This document shows, piece after piece, positions 8,974 through 18,073 of a stretch of 64,000 nucleotides of DNA. A program made the translations under genes and the position numbers. Source of the stretch: a virus; IMG/VR virus record IMGVR_UViG_3300023179_000016, positions 32,001 through 96,000 of that record; one strand, 5' to 3'. The notes under the pieces are model-generated. The model saw nothing but the letters and a program-made list of their open reading frames with translations. It had not been told where the DNA came from and searched no databases. The stretch's first letter is position 1. Every line of letters begins with the position of its first letter.

Positions 8974-10875
8974 GTGAAAACACCATGGGGCGAATTGGGC
9001 TATATTACATTCAAAAGAACATATGCAAGAAAGTTAGTAGAAGATGATGCTAGCTCAAACACTGAAGAATTTGAAGATACGATAGAGAGAGTAGTCGAAT
9101 CTTGCAGATCGCAGCTAAAGGTTGGTTTTTCGGCAGAAGAGGAAGATAGATTAAGAAAATATCTTCTAGGTCTAAAGGGAATGGTTGCCGGTAGATTTCT
9201 ATGGCAATTAGGATCAAAAACAGTCGATAGACACGGTCTCGCGTCTCTGCAGAATTGCGCCGTCACTGCTGTAGACCATCCAATCAGACCGTTTGTTTGG
9301 GCATTCGATATGCTAATGCTCGGTTCTGGGGTTGGATACAACATACAAAGAGAGTATGTGTACAAGATGCCGCCCACACTAAATAAAGACGTGAGTGTAA
9401 CGCGAAAAGACACTAAAGATGCAGATTTCATTGTGCCGGATTCCAGAGAGGGTTGGACAGAACTTTTAGATAGAGTACTGAGAGCATTTTTCTATACTGG
9501 TAAGAGCTTTACATACTCAACGATGTTAGTGAGAGGCAGAGGTGCATCGATCAAAGGTTTTGGCGGAGTTGCTTCTGGTCCAGAAGAATTGTGCTGGGGA
9601 ATAGAGAAAATTGCGGAGATAATTAAACTCAGAAGAGGAAAACAACTTAGGCCAATAGATTGTCTAGACATCATGAACATAATCGGATATATAGTGGTAT
9701 CCGGAAATGTCAGAAGATCTGCGCAGATAGCGATAGGCGACATGGACGATTTACAGTTCTTGAACGCAAAGAGATGGGATTTAGGAAATGTTCCTAACTG
9801 GAGAGCGATGTCCAATAACTCTATTGTCTGTAATGACATGAACCTTCTTCCTGAGCAATTTTGGCAGGGCTATATAGGCAATGGGGAACCATATGGTCTT
9901 ATAAATCTAAAGTTAGCTAGAAATTGCGGCAGACTTTTAGATGGAGAAAAATATCCAGATAAAAATATTGTTGGCTTCAATCCGTGCGCAGAGCAATCCC
10001 TGGAAGATAAGGAGACCTGCTGTCTTGCAGAGATATTCCTTCCAAATATTGCCAATAAGAGTGAACTAATGGACGTCGCATCAATGCTTTACAGAATAAA
10101 TAAGCACTCCCTTAGATTGAGGTGCCACCATGAAGATACAGAATCTGTGGTGCACAAAAACATGAGGATGGGTATTGGGGTCACTGGATATCTTCAAGCC
10201 ACAGAAGAACAACGTTCTTGGCTCTCTGAAACTTATGAATTTCTTAGAAAATTCGACGATGAATATTCTAGATCAAAAGGTTGGCCTAAGTCGATCAAAT
10301 TAACTACTACTAAGCCCAGTGGAACATTAAGTCTATTGGCTGGAGTTACTCCCGGTGTTCATCCAGGCATATATCAGTATTTTATAAGAAGAATACGTAT
10401 GTCGTCCGATTCTCCACTGGTTCAAGTATGTAAAGATCATGGATACAAGATAGAGTTTCAAAGAAACTTTGATAGGACAGAAGACAAGAATACCGTGGTA
10501 GTAGAGTTTCCATGCTCTTACCCTGTCGGAACAATTCTAGCAAAAGATGTATCCGCTATATCTCAACTTAATTGGGTCAAAAGACTTCAGACAGAATGGA
10601 GTGACAATGCTGTATCGTGTACGGTGTATTATCGCAAAGAAGAGCTACCAGAAATAAGGGAATGGCTTAAAACAAACTACAATGACAATATTAAAACTTG
10701 CAGTTTTTTATTACACAGCGATCACGGTTTTGATCAAGCCCCATATGAAGAAATTTCCAAAGAGCAATATGAATCGCTTAAGAATAAGACGATACCAATA
10801 TCTAGTATGCAACTTGGGTACGTTGAATTCTTAGATTCGATGGAGTGTGCTTCTGGGGTCTGCCCCGTAAAGTAA
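8974..10875 (+). CDS. nrdJ: class II (adenosylcobalamin) ribonucleotide reductase
   Basis: LQNC, VVSGNVRRSAQI, NPCAEQSL, CCLAE, KPSGTLS, C-terminal CASGVCP. Confidence 0.93.
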   Translation: MKTPWGELGYITFKRTYARKLVEDDASSNTEEFEDTIERVVESCRSQLKVGFSAEEEDRLRKYLLGLKGMVAGRFLWQLGSKTVDRHGLASLQNCAVTAVDHPIRPFVWAFDMLMLGSGVGYNIQREYVYKMPPTLNKDVSVTRKDTKDADFIVPDSREGWTELLDRVLRAFFYTGKSFTYSTMLVRGRGASIKGFGGVASGPEELCWGIEKIAEIIKLRRGKQLRPIDCLDIMNIIGYIVVSGNVRRSAQIAIGDMDDLQFLNAKRWDLGNVPNWRAMSNNSIVCNDMNLLPEQFWQGYIGNGEPYGLINLKLARNCGRLLDGEKYPDKNIVGFNPCAEQSLEDKETCCLAEIFLPNIANKSELMDVASMLYRINKHSLRLRCHHEDTESVVHKNMRMGIGVTGYLQATEEQRSWLSETYEFLRKFDDEYSRSKGWPKSIKLTTTKPSGTLSLLAGVTPGVHPGIYQYFIRRIRMSSDSPLVQVCKDHGYKIEFQRNFDRTEDKNTVVVEFPCSYPVGTILAKDVSAISQLNWVKRLQTEWSDNAVSCTVYYRKEELPEIREWLKTNYNDNIKTCSFLLHSDHGFDQAPYEEISKEQYESLKNKTIPISSMQLGYVEFLDSMECASGVCPVK

Positions 10876-10885
10876 TCATGCAACT

Positions 10886-10896
10886 GTAGCAGTGTC
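10886..10896 (-). repeat. partial GACACTGCTACGCC box at the RNase H stop
   Basis: gtagcagtgtc (11 contiguous nt of the 14-mer) next to a cccgcggg palindrome. Confidence 0.55.
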
Positions 10897-11323
10897 AGCC
10901 CGCGGGAACGTTCTTGCGGGCTGACTTTGCTAACTTATCACATGCCTCGTTATTCAAATCACCTGAGTGACTTTTGACCCATGTAGTCTGTAAATTTAAT
11001 TTAGAACTAAGCTCTTTCAATTCAAGATATAGAGTTATCAAATGTTGCGCCTTACACGAATAAGTGCCATCTGCGTAACCTAATACAAGTTTAGAATCAC
11101 TGATAAGTGAATATGTTTTCTTGTCAGAAAGATTCTTGCATATCTCTAATGCCTTTTTTAAACCTTCAATTGCGCCACGTAGTTCAGCAGAGTTATTTGT
11201 TGCATCTTTTATGTGCCCAGAATCTTCTGCAACTAATTTACCGTCTATTAATATTCTATATGCCCATCCGCCATTCTTAGTCTGCGTATTTCCAGATCCG
11301 TCAGAGTATATATCTACATCCAT
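10895..11323 (-). CDS. rnhA: ribonuclease HI
   Basis: YSDGSG, TNNSAEL, ISDS, WVKSHSG..NEACDKLA; start taken at MDVDIY. Confidence 0.92.
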   Translation of the reverse strand: MDVDIYSDGSGNTQTKNGGWAYRILIDGKLVAEDSGHIKDATNNSAELRGAIEGLKKALEICKNLSDKKTYSLISDSKLVLGYADGTYSCKAQHLITLYLELKELSSKLNLQTTWVKSHSGDLNNEACDKLAKSARKNVPAG

Positions 11324-11349
11324 AGTATAATTTATACGAGGTAAATAAA

Positions 11350-11652
11350 ATGCCAATGAGCCCAGGTGGACTAAAGTCCAAGATAAAAGAGACTATATAT
11401 AACGGATTAAAGACGCAATTTGGTCCGGCTGCTAGCAAGGGAGATGGTTATGATAGTGAGGCCAATGCCCAATGGCAAAAGATGGCAGAGGCCATATCTG
11501 GCATAGCTGCCGACATAATAGATGAGATCACTAGCAATGCCCAAGTTGAACCAGGAATATCCATTACCGGCATAGCTAATACCATTGGCGGTCCTTCATC
11601 TCAGACTGGACCAGTCTCAGGCTCTACCAGTTCACCTGGTAAGATTTCTTAG
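11350..11652 (+). CDS. small Gly-rich protein, possibly baseplate/spike associated
   Basis: TATAAT 11326-11331 and GAGG RBS; AEAISGIAADII...GKIS pattern resembles small phage tail-tip proteins (function weak). Confidence 0.55.
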   Translation: MPMSPGGLKSKIKETIYNGLKTQFGPAASKGDGYDSEANAQWQKMAEAISGIAADIIDEITSNAQVEPGISITGIANTIGGPSSQTGPVSGSTSSPGKIS

Positions 11653-11945
11653 CTTTTCGTTGAGACTTCGCTGACCTCTTGTCTGGAGAATCTTGGCACC
11701 CAAGTGGATTCAGCAGAATATACTTCTATAGTGCGCGTCACCTCGATGGCTTTACCCGTATATAGAGTTTTTGCCTGACTGACGGACGAGAGTCTAAGAC
11801 AGCCAACCATAACACCTTCGCCTGGATTTTCCTCTACGATTTCGACGGTAAGAACCGCTTTTTCAGCATCTTCGCCGCCAACTCTAGAATAATCATATTT
11901 CATCTCTTTCAGAGACTCCAGGAGCGAAAGAAAATCAATCTTCAT
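11649..11945 (-). CDS. hypothetical protein
   Basis: ORF in operon. Confidence 0.65.
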   Translation of the reverse strand: MKIDFLSLLESLKEMKYDYSRVGGEDAEKAVLTVEIVEENPGEGVMVGCLRLSSVSQAKTLYTGKAIEVTRTIEVYSAESTWVPRFSRQEVSEVSTKS

Positions 11946-11946
11946 A

Positions 11947-12150
11947 TCAACGAACCTTTCTCTCGAGGTTTGATCGACTTTTTTCTGCGTACTCTATGAA
12001 ATCTTCAATGTGTCTCATGAGAGAGGTCGCTTTCTTTTCTCCTAGAGATACCAGTGGATATTGGCCAATTTTATTGTCGCTATCATCCACTTCCCAGACT
12101 GAAAAAACATTTGAACCCTTAAAAGATTCAACAAATACTTTAGATTTCAT
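11947..12150 (-). CDS. hypothetical protein
   Basis: GGAGG RBS before MKSKV; TTGACG-N18-TATAAT upstream. Confidence 0.65.
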   Translation of the reverse strand: MKSKVFVESFKGSNVFSVWEVDDSDNKIGQYPLVSLGEKKATSLMRHIEDFIEYAEKSRSNLERKVR

Positions 12151-12514
12151 CTTGTCCTCCAATATTGGAGATATTATATTCGGGAGGTAGTTCGCCCGTC
12201 AAGAATCTTTTGTCGACAGAAACAATGACATCCATGGCGTGATCGCACGCCATGTTTGCGTAGTGCTTACTTCTTAATAGAAATTCACGAAAATTATTTG
12301 AGTAAAGTAGGTCAGATAGGGCTCTTTGTCTTTGAATTTTAGCCTTTACAGTCAAAATATTGTCACCTTTTACAGGTAGACATCTTAGCATTGTTGCTTT
12401 ATATAGTGCAGAACTGCGCTCCGCAGCTATGTTTGCGGAAACATATTTCAATGTGGAAAGCATCAATCTTTTAATTAGAGTTATTGCATCGATTGCTTGG
12501 TCTGAAGAGTTCAT
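12140..12514 (-). CDS. hypothetical protein
   Basis: ORF in operon. Confidence 0.5.
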   Translation of the reverse strand: MNSSDQAIDAITLIKRLMLSTLKYVSANIAAERSSALYKATMLRCLPVKGDNILTVKAKIQRQRALSDLLYSNNFREFLLRSKHYANMACDHAMDVIVSVDKRFLTGELPPEYNISNIGGQDEI

Positions 12515-12983
12515 CTAAATACTCTTTTCTCTTGTTCTTGTACTGTAGTGTAGTTAATATGCGCGGACTCATTATAGATATCGGCACATTTTCTTCTTCT
12601 ACCTCGCAATGATGCCTACCAAGAACGCAATGAGCAAGTTCGTGAAACACCAACATCTCTTTTTCTTCCGGCGACATTGGATACCACGTGTCTGTTTTTA
12701 TCCTGATGTAGGACTTGCGGAAGTTGGCATAGCAAGCACCGATAGTATCTGGATCATCATCAACCAGATCAAATATTAGTGTAATATTTTTGGTATCTAT
12801 CTTTAGACCTCTAATCTCTGCTTCCTCTTTAAAGAGAAGTACCAGCGGTCTAAATTGCGAATCAACATATGGATCTATATCGCTTTCTACGATAAAAGTA
12901 TTTACCATTGAGCAGCCGGCCAACAATATCGATAGAAAACTTAGCCTCTTTGTTAGGTCCAACTTATGAGATAATTTAGTCAT
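12471..12983 (-). CDS. putative lipoprotein zinc metallopeptidase
   Basis: lipobox LAGC; HELAHCVLGRHH; Met-turn-like SIMSP. Confidence 0.8.
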   Translation of the reverse strand: MTKLSHKLDLTKRLSFLSILLAGCSMVNTFIVESDIDPYVDSQFRPLVLLFKEEAEIRGLKIDTKNITLIFDLVDDDPDTIGACYANFRKSYIRIKTDTWYPMSPEEKEMLVFHELAHCVLGRHHCEVEEENVPISIMSPRILTTLQYKNKRKEYLDELFRPSNRCNNSN

Positions 12984-13179
12984 GGTAATCTGCTCCGAGT
13001 GTCATATTGCTGTTCTTAGACCGCACGAGGAGCTCGTCTGGTGGTTAAAATGCCCAACGTGTGGATTCTGCTGCTTTGCCATAGAGTCAATGCACCCGTC
13101 GCGAAGAGAATTTGCATTAAAAAATCCGTACATTAGATGGGACCATCACTTAACCAATAAGATTAAAATTGAAGAGTAA
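12982..13179 (+). CDS. small zinc-ribbon protein
   Basis: CSEC...CPTC; ATG 7 nt after TGAGATAAT. Confidence 0.6.
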   Translation: MVICSECHIAVLRPHEELVWWLKCPTCGFCCFAIESMHPSRREFALKNPYIRWDHHLTNKIKIEE

Positions 13180-13615
13180 TTCCGGTCTCTGCGACTTCTC
13201 TATTCCACTTTATGTAGTGATTTACAGATTTATTAAGTGGATTTTTAAAAGTACTTTGATAATGTTTTTTGATTGCTATGGTATACAATCCGCCTACAAC
13301 AATCAAGAAATGATCTTTATTGATGGGTGTATCATCTAGTAAAGAATAAGCCTTGTTCTCCAAAAAAGAGATCTTATTATTCACTGCACGCTTCAATGTT
13401 TCATAGCTGTGCTGAGCCCCTGTCTGTATAAAAAATGCTCTTTGCGCTGCAATAAAGGCGGTTCTATCTATAGAGCTAGATATCGGCAACATAGATTCAA
13501 GCGGCGGAACAACATCAAACGATAGAGCTTTAGTCGGAGACATTACGACTATCGCAATCAAGATAATGAATATGATTGTGTCAATAGTCGTCTTCAAACG
13601 AGGCACCATCATCAT
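13163..13615 (-). CDS. hypothetical secreted/membrane protein
   Basis: N-terminal hydrophobic stretch. Confidence 0.6.
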   Translation of the reverse strand: MMMVPRLKTTIDTIIFIILIAIVVMSPTKALSFDVVPPLESMLPISSSIDRTAFIAAQRAFFIQTGAQHSYETLKRAVNNKISFLENKAYSLLDDTPINKDHFLIVVGGLYTIAIKKHYQSTFKNPLNKSVNHYIKWNREVAETGITLQF

Positions 13616-13814
13616 ATTCTCTGTGAGATCTATAGTTTTCTATTTCGTGGCACACGCAAAGTTCATTGGACGCGCCGCAGTCATCACAAAAGCGAAGAGA
13701 TATTTCGTCTATGGTTTTCAAGTGCTGGTTGTCTATTATAGACAATGCGTTTAAAACCCATACAACTTCACCAACTAAACTAGTAGTGTATTGATCTTCA
13801 AATAGATCGGTCAC
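13581..13814 (-). CDS. small Cys-rich hypothetical protein
   Basis: CDDCG...CVC. Confidence 0.55.
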   Translation of the reverse strand: MTDLFEDQYTTSLVGEVVWVLNALSIIDNQHLKTIDEISLRFCDDCGASNELCVCHEIENYRSHREYDDGASFEDDY

Positions 13815-14134
13815 GTCATTTTACCTTTAGCGTTTGAACCATTTACAGTAAGGAGGCAGCGATCGCTGCCCTTAGTTTTATAAGTAACCTTACCATTGTT
13901 GCCAAGATTTGATGTCTTGCTTCTAAGTTTAGTGGCATTGATTATGTAATTGGTCAATCCCGGATCACTGTTGATCTGGATAGAGCAACCCGTCTTGTGA
14001 TCGTAAATCATATTGCCTGTAAATCTTACGGCGTCATCTTCTGCACAGTCTGAGCAATGCGTAAGTTTGCCGGGCTTGCCACGGCGCAAATCAATATTAT
14101 ATTCCATGTCGCACAGTTCACATTTTTTCTGCAT
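13811..14134 (-). CDS. zinc-finger hypothetical protein
   Basis: CELC...CSDC; GAGG RBS and CCGA-N3-TATA upstream. Confidence 0.7.
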   Translation of the reverse strand: MQKKCELCDMEYNIDLRRGKPGKLTHCSDCAEDDAVRFTGNMIYDHKTGCSIQINSDPGLTNYIINATKLRSKTSNLGNNGKVTYKTKGSDRCLLTVNGSNAKGKMT

Positions 14135-14150
14135 ACAACCTCGAGAGGTT

Positions 14151-14161
14151 TATATATTCGG
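14151..14161 (-). promoter_or_regulatory. CCGA-N3-TATA promoter-like motif
   Basis: CCGAATATATA; also TAAA-N15-ACCGAATA, the sigma28 spacing. Confidence 0.7.
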
Positions 14162-14165
14162 TATA

Positions 14166-14723
14166 TTATTTAAGCAATTTAGATATTTCTAGATCCAGAC
14201 GGTGCTGAACAGCTAACTCGTCTATTTTAGATCTATTTATGTCTTTGCTTATATCTCTATTTATGCCGCCTTTAGGCTTATCATCTAGTCTAAAGCAGAT
14301 ATAGTACGCGTATCCGTTATCCCAAACGATAAAGGCATTAATCTTTTTAAGTAAGAAAAGAATCCGATTGTGATACTTTTTTGTAAGTTTATATGTCTCT
14401 AGCTTACATTTGACATATTTTTTTTCTGCTCTAAGGGCCTTCTTAAGCAAGAATTGCACGCCTAGTTTCAGATGTTTTACAGGGACTTTGGAAGAAATAT
14501 TAGATCTATAATTGTCAGATTTAAGAATTGCAGTGAGTCTATCGATATCTTTCTTCGACAGGGAAGAACCAGTAGAATTATTTAGCTCTAAAAAAGCTTT
14601 TAAGTTATTTGCTGCAGTTTCGTAATAGTACATCGAATATCGGGCCTTCGAGCGCCGATTATTTATCTCGTTCCTAAGCGAAAGGATATAGCAAATTTCT
14701 TTTATTAGAGAAAAATCTTCCAT
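14166..14723 (-). CDS. basic hypothetical protein
   Basis: start taken at MEDFSL just after the upstream stop. Confidence 0.6.
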   Translation of the reverse strand: MEDFSLIKEICYILSLRNEINNRRSKARYSMYYYETAANNLKAFLELNNSTGSSLSKKDIDRLTAILKSDNYRSNISSKVPVKHLKLGVQFLLKKALRAEKKYVKCKLETYKLTKKYHNRILFLLKKINAFIVWDNGYAYYICFRLDDKPKGGINRDISKDINRSKIDELAVQHRLDLEISKLLK

Positions 14724-14727
14724 CGCA

Positions 14728-15093
14728 CTACTTGCGCTGTTGCTCCAGCAGTTGCTTGATTCTGGATAAGGAGTATTCGGTGTATGACATTGGGGCTTGT
14801 CGTCCGCCGTCAACTGCATTCAACAGCGGCTTGAACAAGCAGAACACGCCAATGTTAAAGGTGATAGCTGCTAAAAGAGCAGAAGTCTTTTCAGTGAACG
14901 GCAGAGTGATATTTGACGTAATGACCAATGAGCTCAACGCAACGAGACACACACCAAGTAGTACGTAGGGCATGGTGGATCTCTTACGTGGCTGAACAGC
15001 CTCTGTTCTTCTATCGTTATCTATCATGATGTTGGTCCTTACCTTTTTTCGTTTTTTTGTAGAGACAGTCTTCTTTTTAAGAGTTCGACGCAT
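14728..15093 (-). CDS. two-TM membrane protein
   Basis: GAGGAG RBS, basic N-terminus, two hydrophobic segments. Confidence 0.65.
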   Translation of the reverse strand: MRRTLKKKTVSTKKRKKVRTNIMIDNDRRTEAVQPRKRSTMPYVLLGVCLVALSSLVITSNITLPFTEKTSALLAAITFNIGVFCLFKPLLNAVDGGRQAPMSYTEYSLSRIKQLLEQQRK

Positions 15094-15338
15094 TATTTGC
15101 TCCTCACGAGTGCTTTGCACTTGACATATTCGACCACATCAAATTTGAGACTTCTATACGCGACTATGAACAGTGTTAATCCAGAGGTTACAGACATCAA
15201 CCAAGTGACAGGAAACAGTCTGGTCGCATTCATGGACATTAGCAGCATATATGTCAATACATTTAGTGACATCCAGGCGCCAAAGCCGCACATAGCTAGC
15301 CAGCAAAAAATAAAAAGTTTTAGCAGAACGCGCATCAA
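15093..15338 (-). CDS. small membrane protein
   Basis: hydrophobic, GGAAGG RBS. Confidence 0.6.
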   Translation of the reverse strand: MMRVLLKLFIFCWLAMCGFGAWMSLNVLTYMLLMSMNATRLFPVTWLMSVTSGLTLFIVAYRSLKFDVVEYVKCKALVRSK

Positions 15339-15829
15339 TCCACCTTCCTCAAGTCTGGAGAGATTAGCTCTGAAAAATAATAGTTCTCCAGAGGTTTATA
15401 GAAGTCACCATAAAAAATGCTCGGATACATGAAGCTTGAAGGTACCTTGTATGTTAGATTTTGTTTTTTGTACGACATCTTATCGGTCGTATGATCTCTA
15501 TTGAGGTGACAATGTCCAATTTCGTGGAAGATGGCGCTTACTTTTTGATCTTCCGTGACATTTGGATCGTTCCAATAAGTCGGATCTACGTAGATGTACT
15601 TGTCTTGGCCATTTCTATCTGACCAGATAACACAGAGACCAATTACGGGTTTCTGCATATCCTTGAATTCAAAGTCAATATCTGACACCTTGCTGCCGCT
15701 CATTGCCTCAAATTTGGCTACATATGGTACAAATTCTGGCTGTATCTTGCCTATCTTGACGGAATGGACTTCCGGGGCACAAGAGGTAGATAGCGCAGTA
15801 ATCATGATGGTGGCAATTTTATTCTTCAT
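15335..15829 (-). CDS. putative lipoprotein zinc metallopeptidase (paralogue of 12471..12983)
   Basis: STSC lipobox-like; IGLC; HEIGHCHLNRDH; SFMYP. Confidence 0.8.
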   Translation of the reverse strand: MKNKIATIMITALSTSCAPEVHSVKIGKIQPEFVPYVAKFEAMSGSKVSDIDFEFKDMQKPVIGLCVIWSDRNGQDKYIYVDPTYWNDPNVTEDQKVSAIFHEIGHCHLNRDHTTDKMSYKKQNLTYKVPSSFMYPSIFYGDFYKPLENYYFSELISPDLRKVD

Positions 15830-15968
15830 TTGAAGAGATCAACCGAAGTTTAGGTTTGACGACCACAGGCTCCGTATAATTACCAATATCTAGTGTGTCA
15901 AGAGACATGATGGCATAGATTTTACCATCGAGAACGACAAAATCAATATGTCCAAAAATGCACTCCAT
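15819..15968 (-). CDS. 49-aa hypothetical protein (not in ORF track)
   Basis: MECIFGHIDF...PKLRLISSNEE fills the gap; TAATG overlap with the upstream gene. Confidence 0.5.
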   Translation of the reverse strand: MECIFGHIDFVVLDGKIYAIMSLDTLDIGNYTEPVVVKPKLRLISSNEE

Positions 15969-16243
15969 TATGCGTTGCCCTTTATCTTGTCAGATGATTT
16001 AATATCGGATTCTAGCTCTTCTAGTTGCGAATCCAGCCTCAGCGCCTGCTCTAAAAACATGTCCTTTATGACGCCATTGGACCTTTTAGCTGCCCTCATT
16101 GAGACCTTGATCAACAACTTGACGAAGTCCATTTTTTTCTGTTTAGATTTCAACAGTTTTTTCTTAGAGATTTTTTTTGCCATCTTAGCACTGTTTGACA
16201 TCGCATTTCTTACAGAAGAGATAAATATCTGTAAAACCGACAT
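15968..16243 (-). CDS. basic hypothetical protein
   Basis: ORF in operon, start uncertain. Confidence 0.5.
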   Translation of the reverse strand: MSVLQIFISSVRNAMSNSAKMAKKISKKKLLKSKQKKMDFVKLLIKVSMRAAKRSNGVIKDMFLEQALRLDSQLEELESDIKSSDKIKGNA

Positions 16244-16340
16244 ACTCGGTCCAATCGTGGATACAAGACTTTATATCTAACTCCAACGACGACGATTCCA
16301 AATCTAACTCAAAAACATATTGATTTTGGTCGTTATCCAT
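16185..16340 (-). CDS. small Zn-finger-like protein
   Basis: CIHDW...FCKKC; CCGAATATACA motif variant at 16348-16358. Confidence 0.55.
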   Translation of the reverse strand: MDNDQNQYVFELDLESSSLELDIKSCIHDWTEYVGFTDIYLFCKKCDVKQC

Positions 16341-16359
16341 AGAGGTATGTATATTCGGA

Positions 16360-16722
16360 TTAAGCGACATCTATCGCTGTATAGCCGCCATCTACAGTGT
16401 AGAATATCGTGTTTATGCCTGCCTTCTTCAAGGCAAGCATGCAGGTAGAACATGGTCTTGCTAAGGCAAGTTTGCCATCTTTGTGCTCTCTAAAAATATA
16501 TGCATCACAGTCTTTAGTGAGATCAAAATCTAAGCCTATCAGGGCATCCACCTCGGCATGAAGGGTGTTATATGATGCATTAGATTTTGGATGAGTCTTA
16601 GTCATGTCGTTGAATCCGACATTTATGACTCTATTTTTTCTAACAATAACACACCCCAACTTGTATTTGGAGGTGCTCTTGCGAGCAATCTTTCTTGCTA
16701 GTTCAAAGTATTTGAGTTTCAT
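16360..16722 (-). CDS. cytidine/dCMP deaminase-fold protein
   Basis: LHAEV and ARPCSTC zinc motifs. Confidence 0.88.
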   Translation of the reverse strand: MKLKYFELARKIARKSTSKYKLGCVIVRKNRVINVGFNDMTKTHPKSNASYNTLHAEVDALIGLDFDLTKDCDAYIFREHKDGKLALARPCSTCMLALKKAGINTIFYTVDGGYTAIDVA

Positions 16723-16939
16723 TTTTGAAACTATGATTTTTGGCGCACCAAGCGCGCAGCTCTGGACCGTATATTAGAATAGACAAAGGTATGTCCCACG
16801 CCTCGAACCATGCCACCCCAGGCGTCAGCTTTAATTTACAAATAAAGTCTAATAGACCAAATTTTGTATTTGCGCTAATAGAGTCCACGCGGATAGGATC
16901 CGCAGTAGATGCGCATGGTTCGAGACGTGAATCACTCAT
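16703..16939 (-). CDS. hypothetical protein
   Basis: ORF in operon. Confidence 0.5.
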   Translation of the reverse strand: MSDSRLEPCASTADPIRVDSISANTKFGLLDFICKLKLTPGVAWFEAWDIPLSILIYGPELRAWCAKNHSFKNETQIL

Positions 16940-16940
16940 G

Positions 16941-17432
16941 TTAGCTAGCGATGAATTTAGCAGCGAGTTCTGGCGGGAGAACAGAGTAATCGATTGTAGT
17001 GTTCATCTTATTTGTCTGAGAAATCTCAGCAGTCCTGTTGTCGATGTGGCCCTGAACCTCAGCGATCTCGCTGGGATCGGTGAGAGTGGAAAGAAGGGCA
17101 CGAAGCGCTTTTAGCTGAGGGTCAGAAGAACCCTTACGAGAACCAGGATTCTTTGCTGCATAAGATACGCCGCCGTTCAAGCGAGTATCTTTGCGGAGCC
17201 AATTTGACTGAAGACCGGAGACATACGCCCGCAGCTCAGAAGCGTTAAAACTCTTATCAAGAGCGATGTTTCCAGCAGAAAAACCTTCTACCAGAATTTG
17301 GTTAACCTGCAACCGCAGTTCACGAGTCATCATCGAGCTGATATTGTCGCCCTCAGATACCGTGATATTGTTCTCAGCCAGAACGTTCATAACTGCTGAA
17401 TAGACTGCTTCTTTTTGAGTTTGCTTAGACAT
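16941..17432 (-). CDS. QKEAV...NWLRKDxRLNGG family protein
   Basis: long identical motifs shared with 25851, 30021 and 31085; AGGAG RBS. Confidence 0.85.
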   Translation of the reverse strand: MSKQTQKEAVYSAVMNVLAENNITVSEGDNISSMMTRELRLQVNQILVEGFSAGNIALDKSFNASELRAYVSGLQSNWLRKDTRLNGGVSYAAKNPGSRKGSSDPQLKALRALLSTLTDPSEIAEVQGHIDNRTAEISQTNKMNTTIDYSVLPPELAAKFIAS

Positions 17433-17466
17433 ATTCTATCTCCTAAAATGTTAACCCGCATAAATC

Positions 17467-17499
17467 TTGCACGTGATAGCGGGCCAATATCACGTGCAA
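17467..17499. other. perfect 12-bp inverted repeat upstream of the 16941 gene
   Basis: TTGCACGTGATA-N9-TATCACGTGCAA. Confidence 0.75.
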
Positions 17500-17756
17500 A
17501 TATGATTATTTTATACCCGATGATTCATTCAACGTTTTTGTTAGTTCCGCGAGAACATCATCAAGTTGTTCTTAAGAGTGAAGTCGTAAATATCTTTCAA
17601 AGTCTCTATAGATATCTTTCATGTCGTTGCCATAAACAAATTCAAACTTATTCAAGTCAGGTAGTTTGTCGAAAAGTTTTCTGGCCTCGTTTAATTTTGA
17701 ATTCATGGTAGCTGTTGTCAACAGCTTAAAAATATAGCCAACGTATATTTTTGGAA

Positions 17757-17897
17757 CTACGGTCTGTTGCAAGCGCGTGTCCTAATGCATCGACATTGTT
17801 CTTCGTTATTGGTTTCGGAACATTTTTTAGGAGGAGCGCTAGTGCAAGCAGAAATTATCGTTAATAACGCATAGACCGCAAATAGTTTAGTTTTCAT
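17757..17897 (-). CDS. 46-aa Cys-rich lipoprotein (not in ORF track)
   Basis: MKTKLFAVYALLTIISAC lipobox, then TSAPPKKCSETNNEEQCRCIRTRACNRP. Confidence 0.65.
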   Translation of the reverse strand: MKTKLFAVYALLTIISACTSAPPKKCSETNNEEQCRCIRTRACNRP

Positions 17898-17914
17898 GCT
17901 GTTCTCGTTTTAAA

Positions 17915-17990
17915 TGGTGGGAGTGGTGGGATTCGAACCCACACTGAACAGGGTTTAAGTCTGTTGTCTCTGCCGTTGGACTACACTCCC
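17915..17990 (-). tRNA. tRNA-Leu(UAA), short variable arm
   Basis: acceptor GGGAGTG/CACTCCC, anticodon loop CTTAAAC, TTCGAAT T-loop, A73, encoded CCA. Confidence 0.85.
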
Positions 17991-17997
17991 GTTTAAA

Positions 17998-18073
17998 TGG
18001 TGGGCGAGGTGGGAATTGAACCCACTACCAAAGGTTTATAAGACCCCTATGCAAACCGGTACACCTCTCGCCC
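17998..18073 (-). tRNA. tRNA-Ile(UAU)
   Basis: acceptor GGGCGAG/CTCGCCC, anticodon loop CTTATAA, TTCAATT T-loop, A73, encoded CCA; A at position 8. Confidence 0.82.

Noticed and set aside
15819-15968. PKLRLI as an SspB-like ClpX-docking motif
   Set aside because: Too short to be significant, not at the extreme C-terminus, and the phage ClpX lacks the domain that binds it.
16360-16722. Deaminase as an editor of the neighbouring tRNAs
   Set aside because: None of the tRNAs has A34 or C8 needing deamination; only generic HAE/PCxxC motifs are seen.
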